DNA of 64,000 nt from Cirrosporium novae-zelandiae (Eukaryota): positions 372,001 through 436,000 of the forward strand of contig JAPETS010000024.1 of the NCBI GenBank assembly GCA_026023565.1. The letters are read 5' to 3'. The notes beneath the pieces are model-generated. The model saw only the letters and a list, made by a program, of their open reading frames with translations, had not been told where the DNA came from and ran no database searches. The position numbers were made by a program, and so were the translations under genes. Positions 12,157 to 25,665 of the stretch are shown piece by piece (position 1 is the first letter of the stretch; each line of letters starts with the position of its first letter).

Positions 12157-15100
12157 CTAGGTGGTTTCTGGAAGAGGGTCTGCTTCCTTTATCACTTGTT
12201 GCTGTGAAGTATGGAGTTGTTCGTTTCGTCGGTCTTGAAGTAATTTCATCATTCTTTCATTGCTTTCGGTCGCTGCTTTTATCAATTTTTCTGTGACCTG
12301 GATCCGTTTGTCTCGTCGAGTGTCAACCCCTTTCTCCCTGATATAGGTCCCTATTATGAGCACTTTTTCTGTGATCTCGTCTCGTCGATCTGAAAGTAAT
12401 CTCATCATTTTTTCATTGCTGTCGGCCGCTGCTTTGATCACTTCTTCTGTAATCGAGATATCTTCTCCTAGTCGGTCTAGAAGTAATTTCATCATTTTTT
12501 CACTGTTCTTGGCCACTTTTTCTAATGTTCCTCCTGAGATCTCGATCTCCTTGTCTAGTAGTAATTTCATCATTTGTTCACTGCTCCCGGCCGTTATTTT
12601 TACCACTTCTTCCGTAATGTGGATCTCTTCGCCTTTTCGATCTAGAAATAAATTTATTATTTCTATACAACTCGCCCTATTCCCGACCGCTGCTTTTAAT
12701 ACTTCTTCTGTAACCTGGATTTCCTCGTCTCGTCGGTCCAGAAGTAATGAAAGTATTTCTATACCGTTCTTCCAATTCCTGGCGGCTGCTTTTAATACTT
12801 CTTCTGTGATCTGGATTTCCTCGCCTCGTCGATCTAGAAGTAATTTCATTATTTTTTCATTGTTCCTCGCCGCTGCTACGACCACTTCTTCTGTGATCTG
12901 AATTTCTTCGCCTCGTCGGTCCAGAAGTAATCCCATCATTTTTTCACCGTTCAATATATTTTCGGCCACTGCTTTTAATGCTTCTTCTGTAATCTGGATT
13001 TCCTCGCCTCGTCGGTCCAGAAGTAGTTTTATTACTTCTTCACCGTTCCACGGACTTCTGGCCGCTGCTATGACCACTTCTTCTGTAACCTGGATTTCCT
13101 CACCTCGTCGGTCTAGAAGTAATTTTATTATTTTTATACCGTTGTTCACATTCCCGGCCGCTGTTTTTAATACTTCTCCTGTAATCTGAATTTCTTCGCT
13201 CCGTCGATCTAGAAGTAATTTTATTACTTCTTCACTGTTCCACGGATTCCTAGCCGCTGCTATGACCATTTTCTCTGTAATCTGGATCTCATCGCTCCGT
13301 CGGTCCAGAAGTAATTCCATCATTTTTTCACCATTCCACGGATTTCCAGCTGCTATTTCTACCACTTCTTCTGTAATCTGGATATCTTCGCTTCGTCGAT
13401 CTAAAAGTAGTTCCATTATATTATCGTTTGAATTTTTGGCCGCTGCTTTTACTATTTTTTCTGTAATCTGGGTGTCTTTGTTTCGTCGATCTAGAAATAA
13501 TTTTATTGTTCTAGCACCGTCCCAATTCTCGGCTGCTGTTTTTACCACTTCTTCTGTAATCTGGATTTCTTTGCCCCGTCGATCTAGAAGTAATTCCATT
13601 GTTTTATCGTTTAGGTTCCAGATCGTAGTTTTTATGATCTCTTCTGTAATTTGGATTTCTTCCCCTCGCCGATCTAGAAGTAATCCCATAGTTCTTCCAT
13701 CGTTTGGATTCGAGGCTGCTATTGCTACTACTTCTTCTGTAATCCGGATCTTTTTGTTTTGTTGATCTAGAAGTAATCCCATTATTTCTTCTCCGTAATA
13801 ATTCGCGGCTGCTGCTTTGATTATTTTTTCTGTAATTTGGATTTTTTCGCCTTGTCGATCTAGATATAATCTTATCATTTTGGCACCATCTTCATCATCG
13901 GCTGCTGTTTCTATTATTTCTTCTGTGATTTGGATTTCTTCACTTCGTCGATCGAGAAGTAATTTTATTACTTCTTCATCCTTAAAATTCGTGGTCGCTT
14001 CCTTTACCACGTCTTCTGTGATTGCGGCTTGCTTGTCTAGTAGTTTGTTCATTGCGCCACGACTACCATACCGACAAGAAACTTCTAACCCCGTACGGTG
14101 CAAGGAGTTTTTCTTCTCTGTATCGTTAAGTTCTACTAATTCCCTCTCGACAACTTCTGGAAGGTCATAGGTACATCCCACAAAAAGGGGGACTGTATTT
14201 AGCTCGCTGTCACAATCGAGGGCGGTATCTCGTTCAGCAACATAATCATGATTCTTCCATTCTCGGATCCATCGTCGGAAGAAAAAACTGCCTTTAACAA
14301 AACCGTCGAATTGCTTTTTTAAAGGATTCTTTTCTCTGTTTTGTGCCTCGGCTCGGTTGCAATGTATTCCCCAACAATGAAACATATACCCTTGACAGGA
14401 AGCACATTCTCGTCTATGAACTTCCCTCAATGGCTGACAAAGGTACCATAGGCAGGTTTCTGCCGCTAAGGCGTGGGACTCAGGAAGAGTGTATTCTGTT
14501 CGTCTCCTTAATAAATATTCCTTAACTGATATATGAGCAAACCGAAAAGTATTCGTTTCTTCATTGAAAACCACGAAATTGCTGCATAATTTTAGTAAAC
14601 TCTCTTTTGTCAAACCCTTACTTCTGTGCAATTGTGCACTCTGGATAGTTGAAGAGACTAGCTTAAGAAACTCTGGAGCTTTCAGGTTCTCAGTTAAGCA
14701 CAAAAGCCATTTGTAGGCATATGAAGCAACGTGGCGACTAAAACGCCCATCTTTTGTGTTCCTTTCATATATAGTGTCATAAGCTTCATTCAACATCTTA
14801 TCCATTGAAAAATTTCCTTTCTCTAGTTCTTCCAGTTCTTCTTCAACATCTTCCTCTAAATTTAGTCCAGAATTTGGACCATAGAGGATGGCAAAACGGA
14901 GTTCAACCCATCGAAACCTGAATTATCATGTGAGTATCTAGACAAGTTTATTATAATAAAATTACTCACATCCCATCAGCACGGTCGATCAAAACTTGCA
15001 TTAATCTCCTCTTTAACTCCGGGCGGTCTCCTCCTGGAACTCGATCGCTAAGCTTTTCGAGGTGGGTATTTACATAAGTGTTCATATCTTCTCGATTCGT

Positions 15101-17246
15101 CTTCTCGTTTGTCTTGAGGATGATAGGATTTTCGAAATATTTAGGCAATTCAACATTCATACGACTGGAGAAGAAGAATCTGAAAATATTTTTCGAATGT
15201 TTTTGTACTTCATACAAACCTTCTAAAAGGAGTAAATAGTCACTACATTCGTCGAGTGCATCGATAACGATGATAACTTGGTCACAGAGATTGCTGAGGC
15301 TTTTAAGTAAGTTAATGCATTCATCACGTAAAGGTTGATCACCGTTGCCAATTAAAGATCCTATCTTCTTTCGATCATTATATATCTCGACAATCGATGG
15401 AAGAATAGATGTTCCATCTTTAGACCACGCAAGTTGAGCGACGAGGCTTCGGACAATATCTAGTGGCGCCGATCGTCCCTGCGTTTCTGAACAGTAGAAA
15501 TATGCTACTCTTTGTTCTATGCTAGGCTTGACGTCGGTAAGAAAATGTTCAATAACGACCGAGCTTTCAGCCAATTAGTTAGGCAAAATGATGAATAGAA
15601 AGTCTGCTATAACTCACGTTAATGAAGACTTTCCCGTACCAACTGGGAATGTCACAGCTTCGGTCAGTATTAATGACCTAAACAGGAGATTTGTATAATA
15701 TTTACCAGTACCACGCAGCCAGCATGTGGATGGAGATTCCAAGGAATAATCAAACCATCGTAAGTATTCACAATCCTTTGTAAGCCATTCTCCTGTATAC
15801 GGATAATTTTTTAACTTTTCTCGAATGGAATTGTGATCAGCTCTGTACTGAATACCTGAGACCCACCGAATGATTTTGTTATTCTCTAGGAAGGCTAAAT
15901 CAATTCCTATAACTATAACGTAAACAGTATAAAAGCAGATCTTGCTTACCTTCTTCATCATCCTTAAGCTTTTTGAGCCTTTCATTCATTGATTTCAACT
16001 GATCATTAAAAGAGGAGAACCATTCCTTATGGCCTACATAAATTTTAAGCATCAGCCCCCCATGAGATCATTATCAATCACTTTGGAATGAATATTAGAA
16101 TAATGGAAATCCTGTTACCTGCAGAATCAGATAGCTTCAACAATTCAAGGCATATTTGTTTATACTTGTTTACTTCTTCGAGAAGGCTTGAACAGTCATC
16201 TAATTTGATAGTTGATCTCATAAAGCGCGCTGCTAGATGAATCAGTAATCATTTCGTTTTTTTCAATTGACGGAAATAGGCGCTACTCATACAAAAAGTG
16301 TTTCTTCCAAAGTAGCATAACGCCGTAGCTTGATATTCCAAGATCTTTGCATACAACTTTATCACGGCTCGTAAGAGGTTTTCTTCTGCTTTAATATTGT
16401 TGTATTGCGAAGAAATCCAGTCGACTGCAGAGAAATACTGGACAATATCGATAACATCCTTTAACCCTTTGAGAGCTGTTGTGCGCTGTTCAGATTCATT
16501 CAAAACCAGCTTGTATATTATTAGCGAGCGTAATGTAGAAAGCTACAGGAAGCACCTACCGGCAATAACATGCAGACGCCAGCCCAAGGCAAACCAATAT
16601 GTACCGGATCAATCTGGCCGGCAGCATCGCCGATATCTTTTGCAATCTGAACCACCCTGACAATTTGATCAATGAGATGACGGATTTCTATATCCTTAGC
16701 CCCCCACCGCAATTTCCATTGCCTGTCTTTCATCCGTTGCAATTGCACGTTGGTAACTGCATTGATCTGGTCATGCAGACTGGAATCCTGTATAGTATAG
16801 GAACTCTTGCCAATTATCTTCTTCAAGTTTTCAAAAAGTATAGGGTTTTCCTTTTCTAGTTTGTTTTTCGCTTGAGACCATAAATCTTGCTGTGCAAGAT
16901 CAAAATTCTCCGGACATTGGGTCTGGGTGTCGCTTTTGGCAACAACATGATTCTGTGATGTATCTGAAGCTAGATCGGTGCTTGTTGAAACACCTTGGCT
17001 TAAGGGCACGATAGCTGGAGCTATTTGTTGCTCATTGCTTTCTGGAGATGGAGAACGTGATGTAGACTTATGATTGTCAGTGTCAACAGTTATTTATCAC
17101 AGCTAGTTTCTTACAGGAATGTTTATTGGTGATTTTTGAGGCTTATTTTCATCCTTCTTCCCCTTGAACAATTGACGGAGTTGATAGCGCTTCCCGGATT
17201 TCCTATTTCCTTCTTGACTATGCGGCTTGCAGCTAAAGAATGACAT
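12157..17246 (-). CDS. Fungal NLR-like protein: N-terminal NWD/NACHT-N-type helical domain, NACHT NTPase, C-terminal ankyrin-like tandem repeats
   Basis: ATG at 17246; exons splice in frame. DPVHIGLPWAGVCMLLP, Walker A WLRGTVGTGKSSLT (on a mini-exon), Walker B VIDALDEC, RADGMFRWVEL, FRFAHISVKEYL, and about 19 LLLDRRxEEIQITEE repeats. Confidence 0.88.
12200..14050 (-). repeat. Coding tandem repeat array, about 19 units of 29-32 aa
   Basis: Recurrent plus-strand motifs cgtcgatctagaagtaat and cttcttctgtaatctggat. Protein consensus LLLDRRGEEIQITEEVVKAAAxNxxNGExxMK. Confidence 0.92.
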
Positions 17247-20200
17247 TTTGATTCTGGTGAGGACATTGACGACGTTAGGAAAATATTCGTGGTAGCAATA
17301 AGTGATTAAAATTACTATATTACAAGTACAAAATAGTAAGGTCAGCAAGAAATAGATAAAACTAAGAGGGTGTTCAGTATACTACGATGTTCGGAATTTT
17401 TTAAGCGAGATGAATGATTTCACAGCCTAGTCAGTATAAGATAAGTGTCAACGTCGTGAAATATATCCAAGTAGGACAGGCGTAAGCAAACCAGGTGAAA
17501 GTAGATAATTCCAAGTGCCACTCCTAGAGTAGAATCTAATGATTCAAAATTTGTGCGGTATAAAGATTAGCTTCTCAACCAAGAGGCTTTCAACTAGGGG
17601 AATTGCCTCGGAAAACAAATGTTCTGACTAGCCTCATATGATGAATAGGTTGCGTCGTTGCTAATCACATGTGGATGCTCTTAATTTGGTCAGTACACTC
17701 TACAGATGTCAACTCACGAACAATAGCAACAAAGGTTAGTGGAGCATCCTTGGATAATGTGCCTTAAACAATGTACCTTAGCACCTATGCAGCCCAACTC
17801 CAGAAGCTATAGCTTAACCCAGCAGCAAGCCTCACGAGCCATATTCCCGCAGACAATACCTTTCAGGCCTCACCATTCTAGCCAAAGCCTTGTATCATTA
17901 ACCTAATCTTTAGGTCCCCAAATCCAAGCAACCACTGTCAACCGAATTGTGAAAGCACATACATAACCGCCGTAGAAGTTATAGGTGGTGATTATAGATT
18001 ACGCAGAACACTCAAAAAGCAGACATTTGGTGATCGGCAGCCGAGATAAGCGCACCATCCGATATACAGTAGAACCAATACGACGAGTTTGAGCATACCC
18101 TCGATTGCTTGGTTGATTCATTGATTCATTGGTTTTGTCAATCCCCCTAAGCTGCTTTGTTGTTGGGCGTGCTATGCGGGGGACTGGCGGTTGTGAATTG
18201 AACGTAGCCTTGCGGCAGAGCTGAGAAGTAGATCACAGATCATTTCGTGCACGACGACAAAGGGGGAGAGAGAGCTGAATGGGTGGTGGGGTGTGGATAG
18301 GCTATAGATGAATAGGCTGGCTGACTGACTGACTGATTGGAGAGCCCTTTTAATTCAATTGTTGGGAAATTTACTGAGCTTGTTGCAAGGCTGGCGTCAA
18401 TGGTAGATGTTTTAAGGAGTTCTAGCACGTGAATTGGTATAGAACCTTTACAAACCCCCGGACCACGGGTGATAATTATTCCGGCCTGTGCCAAAACTCG
18501 CCACACCAGAAACTCCCTCCTATAGATAATTACTCACGCAAGAAGACTTCTTCAGTGACAATCCGTCTATCCAATATCCTATATCGGAAATCTGGGTATT
18601 TTGTCTAGGGAGGGATTAGGATTAGATCTATCTATGTGGAGTCGAGTGTACTAGTTGTTGGGGATAGTGCTTAGGTGTGGTCTGGAGGCGACTTCGGTAT
18701 TAGATCAAAGGGAGGTTCGGATGGTGTAGAGTTAGTTTTATTGCTCCCTGGAGAGTAAGGGGGGGTAAGGGAGAGGAGAGGAGAGGAGAGGGGAGGGGTT
18801 CCTCCCTGGCTGTACCGTGTAGAATGGGTATAGAATGAATAGATATGGAGGGATGGATAGGTAGGTGAGTGGGTGGTATAGTCACTACATTACCACAAAA
18901 TTAGGTCAGCTTAGCTTGTTAGTTAGTAGATATTGTGTACTGATGTGTATACCCGTGTAGATAGAAGAGTTCTGTAGTAATAATATAATAAATGGTATGG
19001 TGTGGGAGTGGACTATGCTATGGTAGAGTAGACTACCTAGAGTGAACAAGACTGGAATCATTAGCCTAATTAGATTAGTTAATTCATTGGATGAGAAAGA
19101 GGAAGTTGAGATTGAAGTTGAAGCCGACACTGGATTTTTTCCTTCACCTAGTTACCCCCCTCTCTGAAGTGAGTGAGTGGATGAATGAGTCACATTTGAA
19201 CTTGGCGGATTGTAGTTCAAAGTCTCCCTTTTTCTCGTTCCCTCGTTCTCTCTCTTGTACCCCAAAGGATTGGTTTATACCAGCCAAAAATCATTTTAGA
19301 TGATCGGCCGATGAGTCAACGAAATACTTGATTAATTAATCAGACATAAGCAGTTTCCTTTCTGTGCTGGCACGACTGACTGGGAGGATAGAATATTGGG
19401 GATTGGAGACTGGAGACTGGAGGTTGGAGATAATGTCCCCCTCTATCCCCCTTTTGCCCTTGGAAGAAATATTTCTCGCCACTCTCAACCAGCCATATTT
19501 TTTCAAAGCCAGATATGATACGCCCTATCATGGCATATGACATGATCCCTCATGCGAGCAATATACAGTACACCTCTTCAAAAAAAAATCGTGGGTCTAG
19601 ACCGATCGATACGGCTACTCCTGCTACCATTTTCAAGATCGGCGAGTTGTTTTATGGGTAGTTGAGTTGGATAGCTAGCTTGCCACATGCTTGCCGCCTA
19701 TCCATCTATCTCCCCACGAAACGTAGCTTGTGATAGCATAATAGATACGCGTCTGCAGGACTTCAGTTCATGCCTATGAGTGCGTGCATCCGTCGATCAA
19801 TCTGCTATTCTGGAAGGTCGATACGGGCTCTCAAACAGTTAAGCCTTGATAATATCAGTCCTTCTTATCATTGACAAGAGAGAAAGAGTTTCACGGCAAA
19901 GTCCTTCCCCGCCATTTCATGAGCTGATCTAAGGTTAATTGTTTAGGTTGCTGTACCCCAGGTTTGTCACGCACATAGGTAACCTCATCGTCGGGAAAAT
20001 CCCCTCACATCTGTGTTTTTCCTGCTACCTTTTCCATGATATGTGTTTATCATCTATATCCCTTATCTTTGAGTCTATCGTCTTTACCAGCCTTATCCTT
20101 CTTCCCCTCACCGTTCGTCTCCCACCGCTTCCCGGGATGCTAACCAGCCGCAAAACGGGAACCTGCTTACTTGCATATCTGACCCTACCCACCTCGGAGC

Positions 20201-23200
20201 CGTAATCAACGCCCGAAAAAAAATATTCTTTTGCAGCAAAACAAAACAATATTTGGGCCTCACCGCTATATCCAAACCCATGGATTTGGTTTGAAGGGCC
20301 GTTGAACGGATTTAAAAGGCTGACACGTCTAACACTAGGCTGAAAAAATCGTGGGGGATGAGGTGAAAAAAAAGGTCGCTTTGGGGGCGAAATTTTTCTC
20401 ATCTTCACCGCATGTTGCTGCTTGATATCTCATTTTGCTGTAGCATATCATATCATTCCAAGTTGATTGATCCAGCCACAAAATTTGTTAGCGCCCAGTT
20501 ACAGGAAGGATGGTCGGAAGGCAGTCAGCTTCCCCAGATAATGCTAAGACGTTAATAATAGTCATACCATGCATCTGATCGGTACTTGGAAATAGGCGAC
20601 CGAACAATCTCCACGTTGTTGCTGCGTCAGATAAGACTTTTTTTTTTCTCATGGGTTAAAATCAAGTATCAAAAGGCTACCCGCATCTGAACACAACATG
20701 AATGGGAATGTTTAGAGTCCAGTGTTCAGGTCACAATTCAAAAATAAATAACCCCACACCTTCCTTCACACCATTAAAAGGTTATGTTTTACCCCTCCCG
20801 CTCTCCATGGTGATCAATCAACCAGTCGTGATTTTGGCTGCGTAACCACACCGGCAGCAAGCGAATCATAATTCTTAAACGATTCAATGTCGGGCGCAAG
20901 CGCACGCGATATGGCAGACGGGTAAAGGCGCAATTATAGACCTAGGATGGCATAATTGACTCAGACCAGAAAAAACAAATTTTGGAAAGCTGTGGAGAGA
21001 CATGTTGATTCATGGACAATTGAAGGAAGTTATCGGGGTCGACCGATGAATAAAACACGGCGTCCAGAGAAACATGGGACTAAGAATTCGACATGCAGGG
21101 AGCATTTGTTTCAATTTTATGCATAAGGCCGACTGCGAATTTGAGGCATATCCGAAGTGGAGAAGAGTTGTGATGAATTTGTTGTTGAGGATCTTGTAAT
21201 TTTCGAATCCATTATGGCTTTTCTAGACAAGTTATTGGTTATTGACCATTGACCTTGAAGACTTCGAATCACAGATCTAGAGTGCACATCATAGTAAACA
21301 GCTTCAATAGATTGTATGACAAGGACAGAGAATGCAGGTACCTCAATCTTGTACTCGGTATAAGTATGGATATTCTGGAAGCCAAGTAGAGTACAAAGAG
21401 AACAGAATGAGTGGAGTACCAAAGACAAAATAGAGGTACTATACAAGCTATACAAGGTACTGTACAAATTCATCCCCACATTACCACAATACGTACCCCT
21501 CGTAACATTGTTACCCCCCAAAGACCCCAAAGGCTCGGCATTCTCCACGCTTTCAAGGGTTATTCATGATGCAACCGTCTCCACCAAAACGTCTACTACC
21601 ATAATTTTCGTAAATACCACCTAACCCCATACAAAATTGTTGAAAATTGAAAAATTGCAACAGATCTGCCGAAGATTAACCCTACGTTTCGTAAAATTCC
21701 AAAGTTCTGGACCACGAGGCAACCAAAAGGAAAAAAAGAAAAAAGAATGGAAAAGCCACGAAAACTATAAATCATAGTTACATAGTGATAATGACATGTG
21801 GTTTTGAAAAAAAAAATAGAAAAAAAAATAGAAAAACAAAAAAAACATGTTGACAGGTCTGTTTTACTTTTTTATGGAAGGATGGGATGGCCCGACAATG
21901 TCGGTATGTCCGTCGCACGCCTGGTTTACTGGGGTAGCTGTGAACCTTCTGGTGCATTGGACATTGGACCTTTGATCCTAAACCCGCAGTAGTTGAAACT
22001 GAGTGGTTATGCGCACATAATGGGCCACTTTTGAAACAACCAAAATTTGAAGAAAGAAGGCGTCTAGAAGCCACCCTTCCCTTCCATGGTCGCATTGCTA
22101 TTTTGAGGCTGTACTCTACCCCGGAAACCTCCATTAGGAAGCCATACGCCTCTGACGCTGATTTCTCATCCAGAAACTGGAGCCGCCAATAGCATGAATT
22201 ACTGCCAAGATTTAAAGATCCTGAAGGTTCGAACGGGGTCTAGATGCTGTAAAGGGAAGAAAAAGGGAAGAGATAAGATATTTGCCTCCCCGCTCAACCG
22301 ATGATGAGGAGGAGGAGGAGGAGGAGGAAATTAGATTTTGACGTCGATATTTTGTTTGCCACAATTTTATTTTGCGGAGATGTGATAAAGTCTCCAGAAA
22401 TACACTTGAAGACGTGGAGGAGTCATGATGATGCTGGTAAGATTGCGTACCTTATTTCGTAGAGCAAAAAACGCCTCCAGCAATAAGTAACTGTAATAAG
22501 GCTTACACGGATTGCAAATCATATTCCTCGCCCAGAGATATTTGGAACACAAATCACCAAGACAGCACCGGCACTCTCAGCTCACACGATTCCCGCTCGT
22601 CTCAGTATTCCTTTCTCTCTGTCCTACACTGGAAGAGGCACTTAACGGTCTCTCGCATGCAGGAACAGCTGATGACCTGGGAACAAGCATATCTGTGGTA
22701 AATCGAGGCGAAGAAACTTTTTATTTTATTTTTCTTCAGGGAGTTTTTTGTCGATCAAATGAAAAGAAAATATTAGAAGAGGGGTCAACGTAGTAAACGT
22801 AGCGGTAGGCATCATGTCTACGATATTCGTAGAGCAAGTCACATGCAAAGTGAAGATCCGCTTTATCTGCCATATTCATGTGAATAGCCAAAAGATTCAG
22901 ACAACATCCAATATTATCCCTTGGAAGAGGGTTCGACGATGCAGCACGTTATCATCATCACCATCACATCAGGATTCAGATAGAATAGAGTTGGGTTCAT
23001 CGGCGATTTTGAGCACTTTCTGGGTTCATTGCCAACCCTAATGAAGTCGGAATTGATAAGGGTTCTACCCTTCTGCCATGAGCCTATAATGTACCAAATC
23101 TTCCCTGAATGACATGTAACATATCTCGGATGATTTCTGCGGTTAATGCCATCAGTTAGAATCGTATGCAAAAAAACAAAGAAAGAAAAAAAAATTGTTT

Positions 23201-23836
23201 GGCATCAGGAAGAAAGTAGGCAATGCCAAAGTGATTCCATGTTGATCTTAGTGCATTAGTGTAATTTGATTTCTCGGCCCTTAAGGCTGAACTTCTGGCA
23301 TTTATCCATCAATCAATCCCCATGATTGCGGCTGAACCGTCTATTATAACATTGGTGGTAATGAAGCAAAAGAGAAAAAAGTAGCGTCCGTCCCTCATTC
23401 CCACCCCTCATCCGCCAATTCTTCCATGTCACTTGGAAATGGATAGGTTTCGTCTGCAAACTATATCTAAATAACATCCCCACAACCAATGCAAATAAAT
23501 AGACGCACAACCAGAATAAAAAAAACAGCGTAACATAAAAAAAAAGCAGTAGTCTATCGGGGTAACACTTGGTATCCTCGCATTAAAAAAGACACGTCAT
23601 CCGTACGCGAAACCGCCAGCTCCGCCGTAGTCCGTCCCATGGTGAATGCGAATTCTCATTCTCTCAAAGTCTATAGGTTTGATTCCATTCGTCGCTTGAA
23701 TGCACGAAAACCGCCCGCTGAAGAACAAAGCACAAAGGATAGAGTTGAGTTGAAAAGGCCCTAGAGAAAGTATATCGGTGCTGAATCGAGACTTGTCGAA
23801 ATGTTGGCCTAGCCCCTCAGAGAGGCTAGGCATGGG

Positions 23837-25234
23837 CTATATGCGTTCTGCCAAATCGCCTCCTGCTAACGATGCAGAAGTTGAAGAGTTGCCAGAAGAG
23901 AAACCGCTGCCAGTGCCGCTGAGCATATCCTGTACGGCAACTTTGGGAGGCATGGGCACAGGCAACTTGCGCTGAGTTCCATCTGATCTGGCCATGATAT
24001 CGCTGATTCGTGGTCCTGCTTGATTTTGGTGCTGAATCATGCTATATGTCGAAGGGCCTTCAGCCTGTGGTTCCATCGGTGCAAGAGCAGGCGTATGCTG
24101 CAATGAGAGATGGCGTAGTCCAGGTAGATGAATTTCCGTATCACCAAAAGGACGAAGTCTTGGAGAATGAGCTGGAGTAGCTAGTGGTGTATGATCCGGT
24201 GTAGGCGAAATCGAGTCGTGAGAAAACGTTGGCGAAGAGGGGGCTGTGGACTGAGGCGAATTTGGTCTAGATCTCTTCGTAAGGCGGTTTCCATGCTCAT
24301 CTTCGTGCGAGTTGGAGCGAGACATCGAATGCGAAAACGCGTACGCAGATAACGAAGGCAGTTTGTTGTGGTACGGGCGTTGGAATGGAAGCTGCATGGG
24401 CCTTGGACCGGACTGCTGTGGCTGATCTTCCCTTTCCACCTGTGAGGCTGCCGTCGCGAGGAGATTGATGTCAAGTGGTCGAGAAGCTGGATGTAAAGGA
24501 TCGCCGTAGCGATGTTGATGTGGTTGCTCGAAGCTCGCTGGCATATGTAACGAATATGGAGTGTACGAGTGGGGTGGAGATACGTTTGGAGATCCCACTT
24601 TCGACACGGGCGCGGATCGAGTCATATGATTACTTGGGGGAGGCATCATCATGGGAGCACTCTCTTGCATACCTTGGATCCCTGCTACAGCAGCGGCGGC
24701 GGCAGCGACATGATGAGCTTTGTTGTTCCTCCTCGAGTTTGGATTGCTATGTATTCTCGAGTGTCGAGTCAATTCATCCGATCGGCTGAATCTCTTGGTG
24801 CATCCAGGAAATTGGCAAGCATGAGGCTTCTCTCCAGTATGAGTTCGAATATGTCTTGTTTGATGTTCTAAGCGATGAAAGGCTTTATCGCATAAAGGGC
24901 ACTTGTATGGTCGAGGAAGATCTTGACGAGGCTCTTCAGCAGGAGGCGCAGCACCGATAGATGGTGGCAACAGGCTTACTGCTGCCGCCATTTCTGTATC
25001 CTCGTTTGGTGTTTGTGTGCCAGAATGAGTGACACTTTGTGAAGGCGATGAATCTGCCGAAGTTTGGGCAGAAGAGTTTTGTGAGGTTGAGGTGGATGTG
25101 CTGGTTGAAGTTGTTGTTGATGTCGAGGTAGAAGCTGTTGTTGTTGTGGAGTGGGATGGAGGTGGAGGAGTAGGAGTAGGTGTTGACGGATTCAGCAGAT
25201 TTGAGAAATCTACTGCGGACTGGGAACGGTGCAT
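23837..25234 (-). CDS. creA: Carbon catabolite repressor CreA/Cre1 (C2H2 zinc finger)
   Basis: [16 protein letters not shown]. Two fingers [55 protein letters not shown], poly-Ala, and conserved [39 protein letters not shown]. Intronless. Confidence 0.98.
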   Translation of the reverse strand: MHRSQSAVDFSNLLNPSTPTPTPPPPSHSTTTTASTSTSTTTSTSTSTSTSQNSSAQTSADSSPSQSVTHSGTQTPNEDTEMAAAVSLLPPSIGAAPPAEEPRQDLPRPYKCPLCDKAFHRLEHQTRHIRTHTGEKPHACQFPGCTKRFSRSDELTRHSRIHSNPNSRRNNKAHHVAAAAAAVAGIQGMQESAPMMMPPPSNHMTRSAPVSKVGSPNVSPPHSYTPYSLHMPASFEQPHQHRYGDPLHPASRPLDINLLATAASQVEREDQPQQSGPRPMQLPFQRPYHNKLPSLSAYAFSHSMSRSNSHEDEHGNRLTKRSRPNSPQSTAPSSPTFSHDSISPTPDHTPLATPAHSPRLRPFGDTEIHLPGLRHLSLQHTPALAPMEPQAEGPSTYSMIQHQNQAGPRISDIMARSDGTQRKLPVPMPPKVAVQDMLSGTGSGFSSGNSSTSASLAGGDLAERI

Positions 25235-25626
25235 GTGAAGACGGATATGAAGGGGTTATCTGCACCAGGCACGGCTGACCGACTCAGATGACTTTTAGAG
25301 AATAGTATGACGACTTTTGTTCCCTGAGCAGAGAGTGGTATGTATTTATCCGGTGGGTCGGGATTGAACTTGGTTAATACCTTGGTCCTTGAGACTTTCG
25401 GTCGTTGCTCGGCTTTGTGGAGATGAAAAACGTGGGGGAGGACGAAGGGGAAGTTTAGGGAAGTTTGGGCAAGAAGACGAGGCCCAAAGTCTTTATGGCC
25501 TAGGTTGTCCTTCCCAGCAAGGACCCCAAATCAGTTTGGGGTGAGTTTTGGGGTGTGAAGAGGCGGTTATCGGACAACGGGGAGCGCCAAGGACAGGCAC
25601 TTTTGGGCAGTTTTTGTCAAGGGGAT

Positions 25627-25628
<2 letters not shown>

Positions 25629-25664
<36 letters not shown>
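25629..25664. repeat. Poly-G run (about 36 nt) upstream of creA
   Basis: Directly visible homopolymer; poly-C on the creA sense strand. Confidence 0.9.

Positions 25665-25665
<1 letters not shown>

Noticed and set aside
12200..14050. CRISPR-like regular repeats
   Set aside because: In-frame protein-coding repeats in a eukaryotic gene.
12356..14170. Plus-strand ORFs of 117-181 aa
   Set aside because: Antisense shadows of the NLR repeat array.
20647..20661. 15-mer tctcatgggttaaaa repeated near 38368
   Set aside because: One match of this length is expected by chance in 64 kb.
17350..23500. Many short ORFs downstream of creA
   Set aside because: Low complexity, mostly non-ATG starts and no recognisable domains. 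A stop-riddled frame near 22800-23080 is too weak to call.
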